Assembly (NCBI GenBank): GCA_037146775.1
Contig: JBAWWL010000005.1
Coordinates: 102,241-166,240, forward strand
Direction of reading: 5' to 3'
Origin: Candidatus Omnitrophota bacterium
GTDB taxonomy: Bacteria; Omnitrophota; Gorgyraeia; Duberdicusellales; 4484-171
DNA length: 64,000 nucleotides
The position numbers were made by a program, and so were the translations under genes. Numbering within the stretch: the first letter of the stretch is position 1; each line of letters opens with the position of its first letter. Of the stretch, positions 49,671 through 57,639 are shown piece by piece. The notes below the pieces were generated by a model. That model was not told the DNA's origin. It did not search any database and saw nothing but the letters and a program-made list of their open reading frames with translations.

Positions 49671-50744
49671 ATGGCACACGGTATAGAAAAGATCCAAAAA
49701 CTGCTGCAAGACCCGAAGATTACCGAAATAATGATTAACGGGTCGCGGGATACCTTCATTGAAATGGGAGGGTTAAAGAATCGCCTCCCAGATTGTATTT
49801 TCACCGAGGAAGACATCAAAGAGATAATTGACGAGTATTTTAATAAAGTAGGTAAACCCGTCAACTACTACAATCCTTTCGGCGACGTATGCATCGAAGA
49901 TGGTTCGCGTTTTAATATTATTACCTACCCGCTTGCCCGCTGCGGCACCTCATTAACTGTTAGAAAATTTAACCGTGAGCTCCACAGCCTGGATGATTTG
50001 ATAAAAGAAGGGACTCTCACCCGCAGGATGGCCGATTTTTTAATCGCTTGCATCCATGGCAGAATCAATGTTTTATTTTCCGGCGCTACCGGAAGCGGTA
50101 AAACCACGACCATGGAAATGCTTTCTTACCATATTCCCGAACAGGAACGTATTGTTACCATTGAAGACACCGCGGAACTTCAGCTGCATCATCCCAATTT
50201 AGTACCCATGGAAACACGTTCTCCCGACCAGGATGGAAAAGGAGAAGTGACTTTGCGCGATCTGATACGTAACGCTTTACGTATGAGGCCGGACAGGATT
50301 ATCGTCGGTGAGGTGCGAGGTCCTGAGGCGTTGGATATGATTCAGGCAATGTCTACGGGCCATCGCGGAACGCTTGGAGTCATTCACGGTAACTCTCCGC
50401 AAGAAATAACCAGCCGTCTTGAAACGCTCATTCTTTCTTCCGGTATACGCTTGCCGCAGGAAGAGATACGCAGGATGATCGGTAACACCCTTAATGTGAT
50501 TATTCAGCAGGAGCGGTTTCCTGACGGAGTAAGGCGTATTACTCATATTTCAGAGGCGCGTGGGGTTGAACGCGGAGAAGTAGCGTTGCAGGATTTATTT
50601 ATCTTTCGCCGTGAAGGTAAAACCCCTGACGGTAAAATCAAAGGTAAATTTAAGACCGTCATGAGAATGTATCCCCGCTTTTTTGCCGATTTCCAAAGGT
50701 TAAAACTGATGGATGAAACGATATTCGGCGAAGATTCTAATTAA
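49671..50744 (+). CDS. cpaF: Second CpaF/TadA ATPase
   Basis: [29 protein letters not shown]. Confidence 0.92.
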   Translation: MAHGIEKIQKLLQDPKITEIMINGSRDTFIEMGGLKNRLPDCIFTEEDIKEIIDEYFNKVGKPVNYYNPFGDVCIEDGSRFNIITYPLARCGTSLTVRKFNRELHSLDDLIKEGTLTRRMADFLIACIHGRINVLFSGATGSGKTTTMEMLSYHIPEQERIVTIEDTAELQLHHPNLVPMETRSPDQDGKGEVTLRDLIRNALRMRPDRIIVGEVRGPEALDMIQAMSTGHRGTLGVIHGNSPQEITSRLETLILSSGIRLPQEEIRRMIGNTLNVIIQQERFPDGVRRITHISEARGVERGEVALQDLFIFRREGKTPDGKIKGKFKTVMRMYPRFFADFQRLKLMDETIFGEDSN

Positions 50745-50854
50745 ACCCCGTCTTTCTGCGCATTCTCCTTAACCATTTCTAATATTGTGAGTTTAAGTTA
50801 TAATAAGGCTGGTAGCTTTACGTGACGGCTGCAAAGTGCGGGTTAGAAAAAAAT

Positions 50855-52273
50855 ATGCGCGCAAAAATCGACGCTCGTTTAAAAAATCTAGTAGTACGTC
50901 TGGCAAAAAGCAATAAAGGTTTGGGGGTGCGTTTATTGGCCAAACTTATCAAAGAGAAACACGGGATTGCTCTTTCTAAAAGCGCCGTACAGAATATTTT
51001 TAAGCAAGGGCATATAAAGCAATCAAGGGGGAGGAAAACTTATCTTTCGCGCTATCAACGCAAAGATATTGTTCCCTGCGGATTTTTGCTGCTTAAAGCC
51101 ATAGATTCTCAAGTCGGGCTCTTTGATTTACTTACGGACCAACTACGAATGTATTTTGCGCGCATGCAGCCGGCATTATTGAAAAAAATCATTATGCTGG
51201 TTACTTTTTCTTCCTATCAAGGCCTCACCACCAAAGTGTCCGCACGGGAACCCGGTTTCTTACGTATCACAGATCTACGCTCTTACCCTGCCAGAAAAGT
51301 TAAGTTTTTTCTCTCGCGCATCGCCGACTACAAGCCCTTAGTGACTGTTGAAAAAATAAAGCCTCTGCTTGAGCCTGTTTCGACAGTAAAATTCTACTTT
51401 GGTAATAACACCGTAGGTTATACCGACGCTAATTTTTCTACTATTTGGGACAGCCCTTGCCGTATTAGCCATTTTTTTCAACCCTATTATTATGTGCTTT
51501 CGAGGCTTTCGGCTATGCTTCGAGACCAGACACTCATTCTTTATTATACGCAAAGTTTTAATTATCTTTCGCCTTTAGTGGTAAGTTTTATCGATGGTTT
51601 AGCTACGGGCATTACCAAGGTAGAATTGCTTGGCCCCAGTGGTGCAGTTATACACCAAGAAAACCATGCTATCCCTAAGCTTTCTTTCTTGATCGGCTAT
51701 TATCCCAAGATAATCGCAAAAGGAATGACCTTTTTAGAGAAAGAGCAGCATTTTAAAAAAGTGGAGGGCTTTTGGCAAGATTTGTCTTACGCGTATATTC
51801 TTACCCGATTTTCGCAGCCCAAAGGGAACAAAGGAATCATCACAAACAGTATTCTGGTAAAAACCATAAAGAAATCTCTTCCTTCCTGGGCTGTGCTTAC
51901 CGATAAAAGGACTAATATCGCCGCACTACTGAAACGTTATTTGTTACTCTGGCCGTATCGGGAAAAGACGTTTCTTGAAGATATGAAAATTATCGAGCGC
52001 TCTTACGTTTTTGAGGAAAGTAAGAAAGATACTCAGTTGCCTGCCCTCACAAGCCTCACCCTAGAGAAAGAATCGGATTTTCTCCATATTGCCGAACTAT
52101 TAGCCGCTCTTTTTAGCGCGCGTGTAGCCCAAGCAAAGTTTAAAGAATTGTCGGGCGAATATGTAACAGGTAAGGAATCCTGCCGGTTGGTTATCACCAG
52201 CCCCCCGGCGTTTAAGGAAAAATTTAACATGAATTGTTTCTTTCTTGGTGGTAAACGCGTTATTTTGCTCTAA
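50855..52273 (+). CDS. Hypothetical protein, probably derived from a DDE transposase
   Basis: IS-like HTH, IS1380-like GFLLLKAIDSQVGL, degenerate VLTD...Y...W...E..F motif; no terminal IRs seen. Confidence 0.5.
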   Translation: MRAKIDARLKNLVVRLAKSNKGLGVRLLAKLIKEKHGIALSKSAVQNIFKQGHIKQSRGRKTYLSRYQRKDIVPCGFLLLKAIDSQVGLFDLLTDQLRMYFARMQPALLKKIIMLVTFSSYQGLTTKVSAREPGFLRITDLRSYPARKVKFFLSRIADYKPLVTVEKIKPLLEPVSTVKFYFGNNTVGYTDANFSTIWDSPCRISHFFQPYYYVLSRLSAMLRDQTLILYYTQSFNYLSPLVVSFIDGLATGITKVELLGPSGAVIHQENHAIPKLSFLIGYYPKIIAKGMTFLEKEQHFKKVEGFWQDLSYAYILTRFSQPKGNKGIITNSILVKTIKKSLPSWAVLTDKRTNIAALLKRYLLLWPYREKTFLEDMKIIERSYVFEESKKDTQLPALTSLTLEKESDFLHIAELLAALFSARVAQAKFKELSGEYVTGKESCRLVITSPPAFKEKFNMNCFFLGGKRVILL

Positions 52274-52607
52274 GTCTGCCTTGTCCTCTCCAGGGGTACT
52301 GCCTCTTGGAAGTATTTTTCACTGCTTTCCGCGCAGCAATTATTTTAGATTTTACCAGAAATACCGTAAAATTTACCCAAAAAAGAGTATCCATTCCGTA
52401 TTCCAAAAACCCCCACGATTTCCCGATCTTACGAGAGATTAATTTTTTGATAGAAGAATAGACGATTATATTCACTATAAACGATTTCAAAAATATCCTT
52501 TCTCATTCTTAGACTATCTTTCTGCGTATTGGGAAAATAGCCAAATTCGGCAATACCAGATTGAATTTTTTAAAAAGTAAACGCTTCCAAAAATTGCTTA
52601 TCCTACC

Positions 52608-52637
52608 TTGATTTACGCGTAAAAAATATGGTATACT
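52608..52637 (+). promoter_or_regulatory. Promoter of the riboswitch-pilin transcript
   Basis: TTGATT-18 nt-TATACT with extended TG. Confidence 0.6.
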
Positions 52638-52654
52638 TAGTTGTGAATTAGGAG

Positions 52655-52808
52655 GCGACGAAAAGGCAATTCCCGGTGTAAGCCGGGATGCGCAAAGCCA
52701 CGGGTCCCGAACGTTTGCAGGTTGTAGGTAATAAGTATTAATTTAAGTGTCTATACTTATCACCTACATATTAATGAAGGAAAGGGATAGCCGAGCTGCC
52801 GAACGTCT
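52655..52808 (+). ncRNA. c-di-GMP-I (GEMM-I) riboswitch with extended P3
   Basis: GACG-AAAAGGCAA-CCCGG(GTAA)CCGGG-GCGCAAAGCCACGGGTCCC...GGGATAGCCGAGCTGCCGAA-CGTC. Confidence 0.88.
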
Positions 52809-52840
52809 CGAAAGAGCGGCAGTTCGGCTATTTTTATTTT
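52788..52840 (+). terminator. Riboswitch-controlled intrinsic terminator
   Basis: TAGCCGAGCTGCCG/CGGCAGTTCGGCTA stem plus TTTTTATTTT; 5' arm is the aptamer 3' strand. Confidence 0.85.
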
Positions 52841-52854
52841 AGGAGGCCAAAAAG

Positions 52855-53160
52855 ATGAAAACAAAAAAGATATCGGCGCAGTCAGTCATTGAATATATTT
52901 GCGTAACCATGGTGTTTGCTGCCGTGGGTATAGGAACTTTTGTTGCGGCAAACCATGCGGCAGTAGCGAATCTGCGCGGTCATGGCACCAACTATCAGTC
53001 TCAGACTAACCTTATGGGTCAAACCACCTATGCCGGTATCGACAAAGAACAATACAACTGGCCTTCTACTTGGGATCAGGCATATCCGGGAACAAGCAGC
53101 AAGCAGGTTCGCCAATTTGTGGATAATCCGGAACAAACTTCAGGACAAGGAGGAGAGTAA
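52855..53160 (+). CDS. Prepilin-like protein 1
   Basis: KKISA-QSVIEY plus hydrophobic helix; RBS AGGAGG. Confidence 0.8.
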   Translation: MKTKKISAQSVIEYICVTMVFAAVGIGTFVAANHAAVANLRGHGTNYQSQTNLMGQTTYAGIDKEQYNWPSTWDQAYPGTSSKQVRQFVDNPEQTSGQGGE

Positions 53161-53339
53161 TGTTAGCCCATATCAGAAAATCAAAGGCGCAGAGTATTCT
53201 TGAATACGTGTCGTTAACGCTTATTGTATGGGGAGCGTTGTCGGCAATGACATTTTATATTCAGCGGGCGATGGAAGTAAGGACCCGGCATCTTAACCAG
53301 GAATTAAACGAGAATGCCAGAGGAAATGGGATGATTTAA
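53160..53339 (+). CDS. Prepilin-like protein 2 (59 aa, not in ORF track)
   Basis: MLAHIRKSKA-QSILEYVSLTLIVWGALSAMTFYIQRAM. Confidence 0.8.
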   Translation: MLAHIRKSKAQSILEYVSLTLIVWGALSAMTFYIQRAMEVRTRHLNQELNENARGNGMI

Positions 53340-53353
53340 AAGGAGCGAGAAAC

Positions 53354-53800
53354 ATGAAGCAACATAACCATAAAATCATGGCTCGAGGGCAAAGCATAAC
53401 AGAGTATTTGATCGTGTTAGCAGCTATTATCGGCGCTATTGTGGCCAGCACTATCGGCATACGTTATGGGGTAAACAGAGGTATGAAGACCGTTAATGAA
53501 AAATTTGAAAAAGGCATTGCTACCAGCAGCGTTCCGGGAAAGCAAAAGGCATATTTACAAACGGAAGAGTCTTACGATGATTCAAGACAGCATAAAACTG
53601 ACCCGGCATGGGAAAACACCGATCAGCCAGGAGGCCCTCAGTATACTGGTGGCTATGAATATGAGGAGTGGGTGCGTAATAATCCCGACAGCGCTTACAA
53701 TGCGCCGGAAGATGGGAAAACATTATATGATACCGGCGTTAAACCGTATCCGGCAAAAAATTATTGGGTAGGCAATGTCAGGGGGCAGAAAGGTAAGTAG
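53354..53800 (+). CDS. Prepilin-like protein 3
   Basis: ARG-QSITEYLIVLAAIIGAIV. Confidence 0.82.
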   Translation: MKQHNHKIMARGQSITEYLIVLAAIIGAIVASTIGIRYGVNRGMKTVNEKFEKGIATSSVPGKQKAYLQTEESYDDSRQHKTDPAWENTDQPGGPQYTGGYEYEEWVRNNPDSAYNAPEDGKTLYDTGVKPYPAKNYWVGNVRGQKGK

Positions 53801-53808
53801 GCGTTTTT

Positions 53809-53973
53809 ATGTATAGAAAAACAAAAGCACAGAGTTTTATCGATTATGCAGCGTTAATTGCGATTATTGTGGTATCGCTGCTAGCCATGTCCGGCTATGT
53901 TATGCGGTCAATTAACGCGAGGGTTGCCCACATGTGGGCGGATTTATATCATCCACAAAACGGAGTAAGGTAG
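53809..53973 (+). CDS. Prepilin-like protein 4 (54 aa, not in ORF track)
   Basis: MYRKTKA-QSFIDYAALIAIIVVSLLAMSGYVMRS. Confidence 0.8.
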   Translation: MYRKTKAQSFIDYAALIAIIVVSLLAMSGYVMRSINARVAHMWADLYHPQNGVR

Positions 53974-53989
53974 GAGGAGGTGAGTTGTA

Positions 53990-54172
53990 ATGGTTAAGAA
54001 GGCGCAGAGTATTCTCGAGTACGTCATCGTTCTTTCAGCTATCGTAGCAGCAGTTATCGCAATGGCAAGAGGTCCGGTAACGCAGGCGGTAAACAAAATG
54101 TTTACTGATTCATCTAACGTGATCCAGGAGAAGTCGGGCATTTTTTATCAGCAGTCAGCCGGTGGTAAGTAA
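53990..54172 (+). CDS. Flp-like prepilin 5 (candidate major pilin)
   Basis: MVKKA-QSILEYVIVLSAIVAAVI; 60 aa; strong RBS AGGAGGAGG. Confidence 0.85.
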   Translation: MVKKAQSILEYVIVLSAIVAAVIAMARGPVTQAVNKMFTDSSNVIQEKSGIFYQQSAGGK

Positions 54173-54195
54173 GGGGTATTATTCTTGAAGGAGGT

Positions 54196-54516
54196 GTGAA
54201 AATGTTAACCAGACGTAAAAAGGGACAATCAGTAGCGGAATACGCGATCTTAATTTCTCTTTGCGTTGCCGCATTTATGGGGATACAGAACGAAGTACGC
54301 AGAGCTATTCAGGCTCGCGTTCACGACGCGGCAGTAGAACTAACGCAAGGCGGCACATGGCAATATGAGCCTTCTGCAGGCGTTAAGACGACCACGAACC
54401 AGAAGTCAGAGCGTATTAAAGATGAAAACTGGATTGATAAGGGTGACGTGGATTCAGTGTATCAGAAAGTTGCAGATACCAACAGCGCTGATTACAAATC
54501 CGACGAAACGAAATAA
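54196..54516 (+). CDS. Prepilin-like protein 6
   Basis: RRKKG-QSVAEYAILI. Confidence 0.82.
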   Translation: MKMLTRRKKGQSVAEYAILISLCVAAFMGIQNEVRRAIQARVHDAAVELTQGGTWQYEPSAGVKTTTNQKSERIKDENWIDKGDVDSVYQKVADTNSADYKSDETK

Positions 54517-54567
54517 GGACGCTTATTATTTTATTTTATTACGCACATAACTTAAGGAGGTGCGAAC

Positions 54568-54921
54568 GTGTTAACCAGATGTAGAAAAGCACAAAGTACT
54601 CTTGAATATGCCCTTCTCATCGGAGTGGTGGTAGGAGTGCTGTTGACCATGCAGAACTACTTAAAAAGAAGTATGCAGGGTAAATTACAGGCTACCGCTG
54701 ATGAAATGGGCGAACACTATTCTCCTGGCGATACGAAACGTCACGAACGTCTCTATTCGTCAATCGACAGCGTGACTGAAACGTCGATTTATGGAAAAGC
54801 ATCCGATACTTCCGGTGAAGTCGGAAGAACCCGCACCGTTATTAAGGGCGGAAAACAAGAGCAGGCGGCCACCAGAGAAAACCGCGGTCTTGACAGAGAA
54901 AGATGGGAGCACAAGAAATAA
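54568..54921 (+). CDS. Prepilin-like protein 7
   Basis: RKA-QSTLEYALLI...MQNYLKRSMQG. Confidence 0.85.
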   Translation: MLTRCRKAQSTLEYALLIGVVVGVLLTMQNYLKRSMQGKLQATADEMGEHYSPGDTKRHERLYSSIDSVTETSIYGKASDTSGEVGRTRTVIKGGKQEQAATRENRGLDRERWEHKK

Positions 54922-55001
54922 ATTCCGCCGGGCTTACGCATCGTTGGTGTCAAGTATGGGCAGGGGTGTAAAGTAGTTGTAGTAAACTGAAAGGATGAAT
55001 A

Positions 55002-55328
55002 ATGTTAATGAAACGTAAAGCAGTGACTGTATTGCAGTACAGTTTCCTTATCGCAGTAACGGTGGGAGTATTGCTTACCATGCAAAATTACATAAAACGC
55101 AGTATGCAAGGGCAATTGCAGACTTATAGCGATTCCATGGGTGAGCAATACTCCCGGGGACTGACGAATATACACGACCATTATTCATCCACAGCGAAAA
55201 CCACAGAATGGAAGCTACCCACATTCAATATACGCGGTAATGGCGGCGACTGTACGCATACTCAGGGAACATATACGGCCACCTCGGAACGAGAGCTTTT
55301 ACCTCTTGATGCGGAGCGCTGGAATTAA
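55002..55328 (+). CDS. Prepilin-like protein 8
   Basis: KRKA-VTVLQYSFLI...MQNYIKRSMQG. Confidence 0.8.
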   Translation: MLMKRKAVTVLQYSFLIAVTVGVLLTMQNYIKRSMQGQLQTYSDSMGEQYSRGLTNIHDHYSSTAKTTEWKLPTFNIRGNGGDCTHTQGTYTATSERELLPLDAERWN

Positions 55329-55357
55329 CAAACCGTTTTAAGAGCAGCTATAAAAAC

Positions 55358-56035
55358 ATGAATGTAACCAATAAAAGAACAGATTGTTACCGATACGGTT
55401 ATAAAAAGGCACAGTCTTTTCTGATGTACGCCTGTTTAATTGGCATAGTTATCGGAGTACTGTTGACCATGCAGCGTTATATCGGCAGAAGCATGCAAGG
55501 GCTTCTGAAGCAGAATCTAGATAATATGGGCGGTGAAAAAGTGTCCGGTAAACAATATAGTCCTGGACGCTGGTTTGGTTCAAAGAGTTTAGTGCGGGTT
55601 AATACCAGTGGTTTTGACTACGAAGGCAGACATGGTTTTGGTGTGAATATTGCGAACAGCCAGCGTAGCGAATCCGTCCGTATCACCGATACAATTAACC
55701 CCGGAGACCTTCCCCCGGTAAATTTAGATACTAAAAGCGTGCTTGACGGAGAGGATAAGCGGTTGATCCAAGATACGTATGGTTCTGATTTTGATCCGGG
55801 TATAAATAAAGTGGAAAATAATGTGAATGGTGGCGTCCGTGACTGGGAGTATGTGTCGGAGAAAGCGCCGGATAGTGTTGGCGCCAATGCCGACGAGAAT
55901 TTCGATCAGAGAACAAAAAACACCTTTGGCGAACATATTCCTGAGTCCTCTACCGCGGGCGCGGTGGGCGAAAGCAAGGGGCCTAACTACGAAGGAGAAG
56001 CCGGAACCAATTTACCAGAAAATAAGGCACAATGA
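55358..56035 (+). CDS. Prepilin-like protein 9
   Basis: KKA-QSFLMYACLI...MQRYIGRSMQG. Confidence 0.8.
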   Translation: MNVTNKRTDCYRYGYKKAQSFLMYACLIGIVIGVLLTMQRYIGRSMQGLLKQNLDNMGGEKVSGKQYSPGRWFGSKSLVRVNTSGFDYEGRHGFGVNIANSQRSESVRITDTINPGDLPPVNLDTKSVLDGEDKRLIQDTYGSDFDPGINKVENNVNGGVRDWEYVSEKAPDSVGANADENFDQRTKNTFGEHIPESSTAGAVGESKGPNYEGEAGTNLPENKAQ

Positions 56036-56427
56036 GAAAAGCAAACGCTATTATTGAATATACATTTATTATTGCTATAGTAATTAGTGCTCTTGCGGGC
56101 ATGAATGCGTATTTAAAACGCGTAGTGCAGGCGCACATTAAAAGAGAAACCGATGAGCACTTATATATGCCTTCATCTTTCTTATGGCAAAGTTCAGTTA
56201 CTTTTCGCAGGCAAGAAACCGAGCATGACCGCCGTGAATATGCTCACGGCGATACAGTGGTCAATGTAACCAGTCGCAGTCCGTCGGTGAGTTTGCATGC
56301 GCCTTCTCCGCCCGGGGTTCCGGTGGCGGGTATACATGCGCAGGATGCAGCGTCAGCGCCTCCTGGCCAGAGTAACCCAAGTAATCCGACGAGCGATGAG
56401 CAAACCGAAGTGCCAGCGGCAGATTAA
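56032..56427 (+). CDS. Prepilin-like protein 10
   Basis: MRKA-NAIIEYTFII...MNAYLKR. Confidence 0.8.
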   Translation: MRKANAIIEYTFIIAIVISALAGMNAYLKRVVQAHIKRETDEHLYMPSSFLWQSSVTFRRQETEHDRREYAHGDTVVNVTSRSPSVSLHAPSPPGVPVAGIHAQDAASAPPGQSNPSNPTSDEQTEVPAAD

Positions 56428-57032
56428 TGTATTTTATGAAGACCATGAAAAAATTATTTAGCAAAAAAGCCCAGGCAATGGTAGAGTTGGCAATCCTGGG
56501 GCCCCTGCTTTTAATGGCGGTTGGCCTGGTGGTTACCTATGTAGCCAAGATGAATAATGACCAGTGGGTATTGATGGAGGCATTTCGCCGGGCACTCGCC
56601 CATTCTCATGACGAAAACAAAAATGTTGGCTACGGCACCTATGATGACCGCAGAATGGCTTCAGTGCAGGAGCCGATTCTCGGCCAAAAAACTCCTTCAA
56701 GCGGCTCTGCTTGTGTGGTGTGGTCAATTCCCTCGGTAGACGGAGATGGCCAGGACCCTCAAAGTACCACTATTGTAAAAGTAAACGGTGGCATCTGGGC
56801 GATTCCTGGTTATAATGAATATGATCTTGGGCCAGGCGCCGGCGGCGGCGTAGAACCCCTTTATTTAACTGCCAAAGGTTCGAATCTTACTGTTAAAACC
56901 GAAGACGGGGTGACTACCTCAACCCGTTCTGGCGGAGTGGGCGAGTTCATGTTATATAAAATCAATAAAAAGAATCATCCGCAGGGCCGTGGTAGCGGAG
57001 ATTCACGTACCTTTACCGGCCATGCTGACTAG
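56427..57032 (+). CDS. TadE-like pseudopilin 11
   Basis: KKA-QAMVELAILGPLLL. Confidence 0.8.
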   Translation: MYFMKTMKKLFSKKAQAMVELAILGPLLLMAVGLVVTYVAKMNNDQWVLMEAFRRALAHSHDENKNVGYGTYDDRRMASVQEPILGQKTPSSGSACVVWSIPSVDGDGQDPQSTTIVKVNGGIWAIPGYNEYDLGPGAGGGVEPLYLTAKGSNLTVKTEDGVTTSTRSGGVGEFMLYKINKKNHPQGRGSGDSRTFTGHAD

Positions 57033-57081
57033 CGGGTAATATAAACTGTTGTTGTTTTATGGAGACTTAAGGAGGAGACGG

Positions 57082-57342
57082 ATGCGAACGAGAAAAGCCC
57101 AAAGCATATTAGAATCAGTGCTTGCCTATGTTGCCGGAACCGCGCTTTTAGGTGCGGCTATGGGTATTTTTGCCTGGGGCATAGCACATATTCCGATTAG
57201 ACAGGTTACTTATGAGGCAACGCGCATTATTGCCGGAACTCCGCGTTGTCGTATGGTGGATAAAGACGGCGCAAAAAAAACAGGTATCGGCAGTATGCCG
57301 GTTTGGCCGACTTATTTTGTCGGCGGCGGAGTTACGCCATAA
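57082..57342 (+). CDS. Prepilin-like protein 12
   Basis: MRTRKA-QSILESVLAYV; RBS AGGAGG. Confidence 0.75.
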   Translation: MRTRKAQSILESVLAYVAGTALLGAAMGIFAWGIAHIPIRQVTYEATRIIAGTPRCRMVDKDGAKKTGIGSMPVWPTYFVGGGVTP

Positions 57343-57427
57343 TAAGTGCTATGATAATGTTAAAAGTTTTATGAAAGACTATGGATAAAAGTATTGAATT
57401 TAAAGGGATATTGTCACCGGAGGAGGG

Positions 57428-57587
57428 AAACTCTAAATCCTAAACCCTAAATAAACTCAAAATGAGCCAAACCCAAAACCCACAACGAGATGAATTAAGA
57501 CAAAAGCCTTGTATTTTTTAATGTTTTGAGTTTGGGGTTTGATATTTTGGATTTGTTTAGAGTTTAGAGTTTCGGGTTTAGAGTTTA
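57428..57587. repeat. Heptamer-periodic inverted repeat element, family C copy 3
   Basis: AAACTCTAAATCCTAAACCCTAAATAAACTC ... GTTTAGAGTTTAGAGTTTCGGGTTTAGAGTTT. Confidence 0.75.
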
Positions 57588-57639
57588 AAAAAACAGAAGA
57601 TAGTTTTGACAATACCGAAATTATAAAGAGGAGGCATTT

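Noticed and set aside
50855-52273. Active insertion sequence
   Set aside because: No terminal inverted repeats or target duplication noticed, and the catalytic motif looks degenerate
52655-52808. 3'3'-cGAMP-specific GEMM-Ib riboswitch
   Set aside because: The discriminating position reads G (AAAG-GC), which favours c-di-GMP
52855-57342. Pilin array as a DGR target, integron or shufflon
   Set aside because: No reverse transcriptase, no near-identical TR/VR pair, no attC-like repeats or tyrosine recombinase; all genes co-oriented
14938-57587. TAAACCC-like heptamers as telomeric repeats or CRISPR arrays
   Set aside because: Degenerate, arranged as inverted arms, no constant repeat-spacer period and no cas genes
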